From Ignicoccus hospitalis KIN4/I (GTDB taxonomy: Archaea; Thermoproteota; Thermoprotei_A; Sulfolobales; Ignicoccaceae): DNA of 32,000 nucleotides. The position numbers were made by a program, and so were the translations under genes. The stretch lies in the NCBI RefSeq assembly GCF_000017945.1, contig NC_009776.1, positions 600,001 to 632,000 on the forward strand. Direction: 5' to 3'. The notes below the pieces were generated by a model. The model saw only the letters and a program-made list of their open reading frames with translations. It was not told the DNA's origin and searched no databases. Positions 1 through 6,550 of the stretch are shown here, piece after piece (the stretch's first letter is position 1; every line of letters begins with the position of its first letter).

Positions 1-797
1 CCGCCGCGGGGCGGGCGAACGGTTAGCTCGGTCACGTCGGTGCTGACCACTATCTTGAGGTCCTCTAAGGGGACGTTCAACGACGGGCACCAGAGCAAGA
101 GAGTATAAGTGCCCTTATAGAGCCTTACGGACTTGAAGGGGACCGCGTAGAGCCAGTCCGTACCGTTGTATAGGACCCTCTCCGGAGCGCCCAACCTCTC
201 TTGAAACTCCAAAGTCCCCGTGGAGTTGCTCAAACGGGTTTCGCACTTAACGCTTCCCAGCGGAATGAAGGAAGGGACGAAGGTTCCTACCGTAGCCCAG
301 GGCGGGGCGCCCTCGGGCGAGTACCACCCGTTGTCCACCTCCAAGACGCTTATCGCCTTGACCGGTTTGTCACAGCCCACCTTGAAGTACAAGGCCCCGG
401 GGCAGAGGGCGTCGTAGTCGTCTGCTTGGCCTTCGAGCTGGCCGTAGTAGCCCGCGGGGACTAAGGCCTCGCAGCCGTACTGGTCCGCGACCGGAGAGCT
501 CGAGGAGAGCACGAAGTGGTCGAAGCTACAGACCAACTCCTCGCCGTAGTAAACCCTTACGCCGGTCAGCGTTACGGGGTTCTTAACTCGGAGGACCAGC
601 GCCAAAACTTTCCCGTTGGTCGAATCGTAGGCTGGCATTAGGTCGTAAACTCCCGCGGGCGTCGGCAGCTGGGTCGGCAAGGCTAAGCTCGCGACCCTCC
701 CTACGGTGGTATTAACCACTCCCACCACTACCGCTATCAGAGCCACCGATATCGCTATGAGTAACAGCTCGGCCACTATTGAGCTCTGTGCCTTCAC
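1..797 (-). CDS. Partial CDS (3' end runs off the window start): secreted Cys-rich protein with an archaeal class III (prepilin-like) signal peptide
   Basis: Absent from the supplied ORF track because it is open at the window edge. My minus-strand translation from GTG (797-795) reads VKAQSSIVAELLLIAISVALIAVVVGVVNTTVGRVASLALPTQ... and stays open to base 3 (about 265 codons, 6 Cys). GGAGGA lies 4 nt upstream of the GTG, and an in-frame TAG 14 codons upstream limits extension. A short charged N-terminus, KA/Q and about 22 hydrophobic residues fit the PibD/FlaK substrate pattern. Confidence 0.55.
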   Translation of the reverse strand, partial: MKAQSSIVAELLLIAISVALIAVVVGVVNTTVGRVASLALPTQLPTPAGVYDLMPAYDSTNGKVLALVLRVKNPVTLTGVRVYYGEELVCSFDHFVLSSSSPVADQYGCEALVPAGYYGQLEGQADDYDALCPGALYFKVGCDKPVKAISVLEVDNGWYSPEGAPPWATVGTFVPSFIPLGSVKCETRLSNSTGTLEFQERLGAPERVLYNGTDWLYAVPFKSVRLYKGTYTLLLWCPSLNVPLEDLKIVVSTDVTELTVRPPRG

Positions 798-2358
798 TTC
801 GTCCTCCGGGCTTAACGAACTTAGAGGCAATATAAGTCGCTAAGAGCGTGAGCGCCCCCAACGCCGGGTAGAGGTAGGCGAACCCAGCCAAGGGGGCGCA
901 CTTGAGCGCGGGCAGAGGCGAGGGCCTCAAGCTCACCGCGCAGCTGCGCAAGCCTTCCCAACGGGGGACCGACCAGCTGAAGAAGGCCGGTTCGTTGGGA
1001 GGTATGTACTTACCCATAAATACGTTTATAGAGCTCTTCACTTCGTAACGCGACCCGCTGGCGTTCAAGAGCAAGAGCTGCTCGAAGGCCGTCAAGTTGC
1101 CCCGGTAGGTGTAGGTCGCTACGGTCTTCGCCCCCATAACCTTGACTTCGCTCGGGGGTTGGAAGAAATAAGCGTGGACCCACGAGGCGTAAATTAAGGA
1201 AGCGGCGAAGGTCATTGACGTTAACACCATTAAGGAACTGACCGCCTTCCTGTTCTTCCAGAAGTCCGCCAAGGCGAGGGCGAAGGGGGCTACGGCTGTC
1301 GACTCGGGCCTGAGCAACGATGCCGGGCCCAGCAGCCCTAACTTGCTCTTGTCCTTGAGGTACAGTACCAAAGAGAAGTTGAGAGCGCTTAGCGCTTGTG
1401 ACGCGAGGAGGGCCCAGAGCAAGGCTTTCGAGGTCAAGACGTTGGCGAGCGTGTAGTTGTCTATTAGATCTAGGACCGTAACGGCGGTTAAAATTATGAC
1501 TGAAGCGTAGTGGAGGACGAACCGCTTGTCCGCTAGGGGCCCTTCCTTTATTGCCTTAGAGAGGGAGTAAAGGTACACTAACGTTAACGTCGCCGCCACG
1601 GGGGTTTGGATGCCGAAGTAGGGGTTGGGCAAGCCCCCGGCCGGGACGGGGTAAAAGCGGAGCAGCGCAAAGGCCACGTACGCGTTCAAGAAAGCGACTA
1701 CCTTGGACGCCTTGTCGTTGGTATGGAAGAGCAGCGCGAGCGACGCCGGGAGCAAGGCGAGCGAGAGGTGGAACGAGTTAGGCGGTATGGGCAAGCCGTA
1801 AGTTGTGTGGCCGTGGGCGATTGAGGAAAACGCCGTTAGGAAAGCTAAAAACGTGGAGAGCTTCGCGTAAAGCTCATTGAATGTCAGAAAATACGCCAAG
1901 AGCAGCGCAGAAGCGATGGCTAAGAGGGGGTACAGCGAGAAGAACCAGTACCCCCTGAGTACGGAGAAGCCCAACGGAGGAAGCTTGGGAGGGGCGGAGA
2001 CCATGGGGTAGTTCAAGTTCAAGTAGTTTGACCAAACGAACAAGAGGGAAAGCAGAGAGGCCGCGGAGAGCGCGAAGAACCTCCTGTCCCCCTCTTTCAA
2101 CCCTACTAACGCCAACACGAACGCGAACGCGGATATTGTGAAGAAAGGCGTAGTCATCGCAGTTATGACGTTGTGGAAGCTCGGTAGACCGCAGTTGAGC
2201 CAGTACCAGCTCGCTAAGCTCGTCGGCTTGCACGAGAAAGCTTCGTACAAGACGAATGCCGCCGGAAGGACGCTCGAGAGGGAGAGCGCGGCGAGACGTG
2301 GGACCGCGAAGGCTACTATATTCATAACTGCTGATATTATGATTGAGATGTACAACAT
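712..2358 (-). CDS. Polytopic integral membrane protein (about 13-14 predicted TM helices, ~100-aa extracytoplasmic domain before the last helix), function unknown
   Basis: 548-aa ORF with an ATG start (cat at 2356-2358). Hydrophobic segments are near-continuous through residue ~400, followed by a soluble stretch (FFQPPSEVKVMGAKTVATYTYRGNLT...) and a final helix (LAGFAYLYPALGALTLLATYIA). I saw no WWDYG (AglB) or T2SS-F/FlaJ-type cytoplasmic domains. The G/S-rich tail is encoded in the 86-nt overlap with the next gene. Confidence 0.7.
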   Translation of the reverse strand: MLYISIIISAVMNIVAFAVPRLAALSLSSVLPAAFVLYEAFSCKPTSLASWYWLNCGLPSFHNVITAMTTPFFTISAFAFVLALVGLKEGDRRFFALSAASLLSLLFVWSNYLNLNYPMVSAPPKLPPLGFSVLRGYWFFSLYPLLAIASALLLAYFLTFNELYAKLSTFLAFLTAFSSIAHGHTTYGLPIPPNSFHLSLALLPASLALLFHTNDKASKVVAFLNAYVAFALLRFYPVPAGGLPNPYFGIQTPVAATLTLVYLYSLSKAIKEGPLADKRFVLHYASVIILTAVTVLDLIDNYTLANVLTSKALLWALLASQALSALNFSLVLYLKDKSKLGLLGPASLLRPESTAVAPFALALADFWKNRKAVSSLMVLTSMTFAASLIYASWVHAYFFQPPSEVKVMGAKTVATYTYRGNLTAFEQLLLLNASGSRYEVKSSINVFMGKYIPPNEPAFFSWSVPRWEGLRSCAVSLRPSPLPALKCAPLAGFAYLYPALGALTLLATYIASKFVKPGGRSEGTELNSGRAVTHSDIGGSDSGSGGSG

Positions 2359-2438
2359 CTTGAAGCCCCAGAGAGGGACAAAAAGAGAGGTAAATAGGAG
2401 TTAACGAGCTTAAGGTTAGTCTAAGAGGAAAGATCGAG

Positions 2439-2444
2439 AAAAAA
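2439..2444 (-). terminator. Oligo-T (T6 on the minus strand) archaeal-type terminator after the fibre gene
   Basis: A6 on the plus strand at 2439-2444 gives TTTTTT on the coding strand about 10 nt after the TAA stop at 2454-2456. A TATA-like TAAATAGG at 2391-2398 follows, about 33 nt before the membrane-protein ATG. Confidence 0.4.
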
Positions 2445-2453
2445 CAATTGTTG

Positions 2454-3386
2454 TTACGTTATGCTGAGAGGTACGCTGGCCTCCCAGGTGCTGCCGTCGC
2501 TGAAGACCATCTTGACGTCAACGCTCTGCATCACGTTGGGGTTGACGTTGGGGCACCATATCACTACGGCGAAGTTGCTCTGGCTGGCGCTGGCGACGTC
2601 GAAGATGGGCACTCCGTTGTTGTTCTGGGTATCAGGGCTGTAATGAGTATTCACGAACCTGTCGAACTTTATCACGGCACTAGTGTTCCTGAAGTTGGTC
2701 TCCACATAGTTGGTGCTGACGTAGTTGACCTCCCAAGTGCCGGCCAGTATGGTGGCGAAGGGGTACTGGTCATCGAACGATAGTAGTATATCGGGCTTAT
2801 ATTTCTCGCCCGGATGAACTTCACCAGTAACTCCCTTATCGCCACCCAAGTAGCCGCGCGCCGCCGGCTGCGTAGCGAGGTCGCTCTTACCGTGTATGAT
2901 GCCTCCCGGTACTAGGGTCTCGTTATGCGCGTCGAAGTCACTAAGAGTTGAACCGACGAAGCCCCAGAAGACTAGACCGAACGCAGTCAAGCCGCCTATA
3001 GTTTGGCCTATGTGATACTTATCGTCAGCGGTCATAGGGAAGCTGTCGTAGTGGCAGACCACCCTACCTTGGTAGAGCACATCTATGGCGTCTATGGTAA
3101 TAGCTTGGCCACCTTGCAACACTTGAGCAGGCGGCTGGAAGCTGAGTATCAGGACGGCCTTAGAGCGGTCGAAGCTATCCTTGCTTATGGTAGTACCGAC
3201 GTTAGTGGCCGGCCTGGCCCAAGTGGCTTGGATGAGTGTTAAGCTCTTGCCGGTGACTTGAGTGCCAGCCACGTTGGCGCTCAGCCCGCTGACCCAAGTG
3301 TAGAGGAGCACGGCAGCGGCTACGGCGATCAGTATCAGCAGCAAGGTCGCTATTACGGGGGAGACACCCTTCCTCGCGATCTTCAT
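2454..3386 (-). CDS. Iho670-type cell-surface fibre protein (archaeal type IV pilin/archaellin-like, class III signal peptide)
   Basis: 310-aa ORF with an ATG start. The N-terminus MKIARKG/VSPVIATLLLILIAVAAAVLLYTWVSGL is a textbook archaeal pilin N-terminal domain (PF07790-like) with a KG-V prepilin peptidase site. From memory it matches the Iho670 fibre subunit of Ignicoccus hospitalis. The C-terminal ~270 aa are beta-rich and contain 2 Cys. Confidence 0.9.
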   Translation of the reverse strand: MKIARKGVSPVIATLLLILIAVAAAVLLYTWVSGLSANVAGTQVTGKSLTLIQATWARPATNVGTTISKDSFDRSKAVLILSFQPPAQVLQGGQAITIDAIDVLYQGRVVCHYDSFPMTADDKYHIGQTIGGLTAFGLVFWGFVGSTLSDFDAHNETLVPGGIIHGKSDLATQPAARGYLGGDKGVTGEVHPGEKYKPDILLSFDDQYPFATILAGTWEVNYVSTNYVETNFRNTSAVIKFDRFVNTHYSPDTQNNNGVPIFDVASASQSNFAVVIWCPNVNPNVMQSVDVKMVFSDGSTWEASVPLSIT

Positions 3387-3423
3387 GTTCTCACTCTCTC
3401 GATGACAACGGCGGGGTAGCGGG

Positions 3424-3433
3424 TTTTAAGATA
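3424..3433 (-). promoter_or_regulatory. Candidate TATA box for the fibre gene
   Basis: The minus strand reads TATCTTAAAA, ending 37 nt upstream of the ATG. The predicted short leader carries GAGAGAGTGAG (partial SD). Confidence 0.35.
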
Positions 3434-3452
3434 GGGAGTTGCTCTGGTATGC

Positions 3453-3457
3453 AAAAA
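3453..3457 (-). terminator. Oligo-T (T5) tract after the CoADR-like gene
   Basis: The minus strand reads CCAATTTTTGC about 14 nt after the stop at 3471-3473. Confidence 0.3.
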
Positions 3458-3470
3458 TTGGATAAAGAGA

Positions 3471-4823
3471 TTAGCGCAGTTCCGAATACAAGAGCCTCGC
3501 CGCGGTGACCAAGGGGTCCCACACGGGGGCCAAGGGAGGGACGTAGCCTATGTCAGAGAAGAACAAGTCCCTAACGGTCCCCCTCTTAGTTAGCAACGTC
3601 GCAACGGCGTCCACCCTCCCCTTGACCCCCTCTGGGCCCACCACTTGAACGCCCAACACGGTGCCGTCCTCGGCGGCCACCAGCTTGACGTGGGTGAACT
3701 GGGAGCCGGGGTAGTAGTGGGCCCTCGTCCTAGCCTTCACGAACGAGGACTTAACCTTAAAGCCTAAGGCCTTCGCCTCCTCCTCGGTCAGGCCCGTCCG
3801 GCCGATCTCCAGGCCCGAGGCGACCGTGATCCCGGTACAAGCCACTCCCGGAAACGGGACCCTTTTGCCGCTGGCGCTGAGGCCGGCGACGAGCCCCATC
3901 TTGTTGGCCGGGGGAGCGAAGGGACACCAAGCCTCGGTCCCCGTGTGGACGAGCCAGCTCTCCGCCACGTCCCCGGCGGCGTAGACGTCGGGCAAGTTGG
4001 TCTCCATGTACTCGTTCACTTTGATTCCCCCGAACTTACCCAACTTCACGCCCAACCTCTTAGCGAGCTCTGCGTTGGGCTCTACCCCCACTGCCACCAC
4101 TACCGCTTGAGCCTTTATCACCTCTCCGTCGCTCAGCTCCACGCCTTCGACCCGGTCCTTCCCGAGTATCTTGGTTACAGTTACGCCCTTGTGGAGCCTT
4201 ATCCCTACGTTCTTAAGGTGCTCCTCCACGAGCTCGCTCATCTCCGGGTCCAAGCTCTTGCGAAGGGCGCGCGAGCGGACCACCAAGTGCACCTCGCGCT
4301 CGGAGTCCCTCAGCTCCGCAGCGACCTCTACGCCGGTGAACCCCGCGCCCACCACCACTACCTCCTTCGCGTCCTTCAGCTCCTCCCTAGCGGCTATCCC
4401 GCTCTCTACCGTGTGAAGCTTTATGACTCCTCTGAGGTCCTCGCCTTCGACGCCCAACGACTTGGGTCGCGCCCCGGTGGCCAATATGAGCTTGTCCCAC
4501 TTGTACTCCTTCTTTTCCCCGTTCTCAATGACGGTTACCGTTCTCTTGTGGTAATCGGCGTCCACGACCTTAGCGTGCGTGTGTACGTCTATACCCCTCT
4601 TTTCCCTGAACACTTCGACAGGATAGTAAACCAAGTCGTCGGGTTCCTTTACCTTGCCCACGATGAAGTACGGGAGGCCGCAAGGGGCGTAGGAGACGTA
4701 ACCTGAGGCCTCGAAAACCCTAACCGTCCAGTCCTTGTGTATCCTTTTCACGCGGGAAGCAGCGCTCATGCCCGCGGCGCCGCCGCCTACGACTACGACC
4801 TCCACGTGGGGCACCGGGCCCAC
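3471..4823 (-). CDS. Pyridine nucleotide-disulfide oxidoreductase of the CoA-disulfide reductase / NADH oxidase / NAD(P)H sulfur oxidoreductase family
   Basis: 450 aa. It has an N-terminal FAD Rossmann motif (VVVVGGGAAG), the family redox-Cys motif SYAPCGLPY (compare SFANCGLPY in CoADR), a second GxGxxG (VVVGAGFTGVE) and AAGD. There is no rhodanese extension. The start is uncertain: GTG at 4823, 4814 or 4805. A TATA-like TAAATTATTTT (minus strand, 4834-4845) favours a leaderless start at 4814 or 4805. Confidence 0.85.
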   Translation of the reverse strand: MGPVPHVEVVVVGGGAAGMSAASRVKRIHKDWTVRVFEASGYVSYAPCGLPYFIVGKVKEPDDLVYYPVEVFREKRGIDVHTHAKVVDADYHKRTVTVIENGEKKEYKWDKLILATGARPKSLGVEGEDLRGVIKLHTVESGIAAREELKDAKEVVVVGAGFTGVEVAAELRDSEREVHLVVRSRALRKSLDPEMSELVEEHLKNVGIRLHKGVTVTKILGKDRVEGVELSDGEVIKAQAVVVAVGVEPNAELAKRLGVKLGKFGGIKVNEYMETNLPDVYAAGDVAESWLVHTGTEAWCPFAPPANKMGLVAGLSASGKRVPFPGVACTGITVASGLEIGRTGLTEEEAKALGFKVKSSFVKARTRAHYYPGSQFTHVKLVAAEDGTVLGVQVVGPEGVKGRVDAVATLLTKRGTVRDLFFSDIGYVPPLAPVWDPLVTAARLLYSELR

Positions 4824-4862
4824 GAGCGCGCGGAAAATAATTTACGCGTTTTTACTAAACGG

Positions 4863-5318
4863 TTAGGATTGCTCCATCTTCTGTCTCAAGCAAGAGCCCA
4901 TGACCTTGGCTAAGTACAGCATCACTCCGAGGCCCGCAGTTATGTCTGGATCTTTCATCACCTTCAGTAGGCCCAAGAGGCCCACAGGCTTGGCGTGCTT
5001 TAAGAAGTCCGGAGAATTCAAGGCCTTCATTGTACACTCCGACATGGCTTCTACGTTCTCCTTGAACACTATAGGATCTACGTCTTCAAGGGCGTTTAAT
5101 GCGGCGTCCGCGGCCGCCATCGCGTGGTGCATCCTTCTGTCGTTAGCCCCTAGCTCCAGCACCTCCTCGCCCTTCTCGGCCAAAGCGACTGCTATCCCCA
5201 GCAGGCCGGTCTCTTGGAGCTTTGCTATCGCGTCCGCCAACCTTTCTATAGCCTTCGCCAGCTCCTCTATTTTCTCCGCCTCTAACTTTTCCAACACCTT
5301 AGACAGCTCCTCACTCAC
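4863..5318 (-). CDS. DUF1641-family protein (accessory partner of SQR/NDH-II-like flavoproteins)
   Basis: 151 aa with a GTG start. The N-terminus is helical and the C-terminal GLLGLLKVMKDPDITAGLGVMLYLAKVMG matches the DUF1641 signature as I remember it. AGGTGA overlaps the upstream gene's stop 6 nt before the GTG, suggesting translational coupling. Confidence 0.7.
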   Translation of the reverse strand: MSEELSKVLEKLEAEKIEELAKAIERLADAIAKLQETGLLGIAVALAEKGEEVLELGANDRRMHHAMAAADAALNALEDVDPIVFKENVEAMSECTMKALNSPDFLKHAKPVGLLGLLKVMKDPDITAGLGVMLYLAKVMGSCLRQKMEQS

Positions 5319-5324
5319 GTCCTA

Positions 5325-6482
5325 TCACCTCAGGGCGTCTATCCAGCCCAAGTAAAAGGCTAATTTCATGAACTTGATCATTGGGCTCTGGGCCGTTACG
5401 TACATCTTCTGAGTAGGTCCGTTGTGATCTATGTCGAAGGTGACCATCATTCCGGTGGGGCCGAAGTCCGCCACTGCGACTATCTCGTCGGGGAAGAGCA
5501 CGGTGCCCCTTACGCCGGTTAGGTCGGATATGAGCGCGTCGGCCGCCGAGACCGCAGCGGCGTGGGAGAATATGCCAGCTATGGGGAAGTTCACACAAGG
5601 CATAGCGGCGTCGGTCGGCACGAAGACGTTCCTATACTTCGGGTTGCGGAACTCCGGGTAGGTAGTGGCCAACACCTTCTTGTTGTTCGGACAGACCAGC
5701 TCTGGCCTGTTCTTTGCGAACTCCGGCACCTTAACTGGAGGCACGTATATCAATAGGTCATACTTGAGTGTGCTACCGTCTGTAAACACAATCTCTTTCT
5801 CTCTGACCTCCTTGGCCTCCTTGCCCGGGTGGTAAATTATTCCCAGCTTGTTGTGTATCCTCCGGAACTGCCTAAAGACGTCCTTGAACATCTGGCCCAT
5901 CTGCTTCTCGTCGAATACCGTAACCAAGTGGACCTCCGAGCGGGGGTCCTTCCTCATTGCGAAGTACTTCAACTTGCCGGCCATCTCGAACGGGTAACAC
6001 CCGCACCGGAAGGGGAGGCCCGGGACGAGCATCACCACCCTTCCGCCCTTGAACTTGCTGAGGGCCTCTCTCATCCTCTTGGCGCCTTCCAAGCTGTAGT
6101 TGTGGTAGCCGTAGCGACTGAGGCCGGGGACCGCTTCGTGATCGTAGCTGACCCCAGAACCTATGAACAAGTAGTCGTATTCTATTGTCTTCCCACCTTT
6201 AGTCTTGAGCTGCTGCTTGGCGGGGTCTACGTCTACGACCTCATCTATGATCAGCTCGGCGCCGTACCTCTTAGCGATGTTAGCGACGGGGGCCTTGAGC
6301 TGGTCTTCCCTAACTTCGCCCAAGGCGAAGTCCGCGAAGAGGGGAGGCATGTAGTGCCACTCGTCTCTGTTTATTATCGTAATTTGGAGCTTGTCTTGCA
6401 GTTCCGGCGGCCCCTCTCGGAGCCGCCTCAGGGCGACGAGGGTCGACACTCCCCCGCCGAGGAACACCACGCGTTCGGGCAA
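5325..6482 (-). CDS. Sulfide:quinone oxidoreductase-like / type II NADH dehydrogenase-like FAD flavoprotein
   Basis: 385 aa with a TTG start directly before the Rossmann motif (MPERVVFLGGGVSTL). WHYMPPLF resembles the SQR H-Y-x-Q-P motif. Candidate redox Cys lie in PFRCGCYPFE and AAMPCVNFP. The size and the DUF1641 neighbour are typical of archaeal SQR-like enzymes. Confidence 0.75.
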   Translation of the reverse strand: MPERVVFLGGGVSTLVALRRLREGPPELQDKLQITIINRDEWHYMPPLFADFALGEVREDQLKAPVANIAKRYGAELIIDEVVDVDPAKQQLKTKGGKTIEYDYLFIGSGVSYDHEAVPGLSRYGYHNYSLEGAKRMREALSKFKGGRVVMLVPGLPFRCGCYPFEMAGKLKYFAMRKDPRSEVHLVTVFDEKQMGQMFKDVFRQFRRIHNKLGIIYHPGKEAKEVREKEIVFTDGSTLKYDLLIYVPPVKVPEFAKNRPELVCPNNKKVLATTYPEFRNPKYRNVFVPTDAAMPCVNFPIAGIFSHAAAVSAADALISDLTGVRGTVLFPDEIVAVADFGPTGMMVTFDIDHNGPTQKMYVTAQSPMIKFMKLAFYLGWIDALR

Positions 6483-6550
6483 AGCCTCACTCCGTTCCTT
6501 AGAGACCGTTTACCGCTATAATGACTTTCTTTACTAAGTGGACGGTGAAA

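Noticed and set aside
1874-2233. 119-aa alternative-frame minus-strand ORF inside the membrane-protein gene.
   Set aside because: It lies wholly within a longer ORF whose hydrophobic periodicity is coherent. Nothing independently supports it.
3945-4706. 253-aa plus-strand ORF antisense to the CoADR-like gene. Similar cases are 5829-6521 (+) opposite the SQR-like gene and 28642-29559 (+) opposite AcnX-L/tpiA.
   Set aside because: These are shadow ORFs in GC-rich coding DNA. Their translations are low-complexity (L/V/H/P/R-rich) with no motifs, whereas the opposite strand encodes proteins with unmistakable family signatures.
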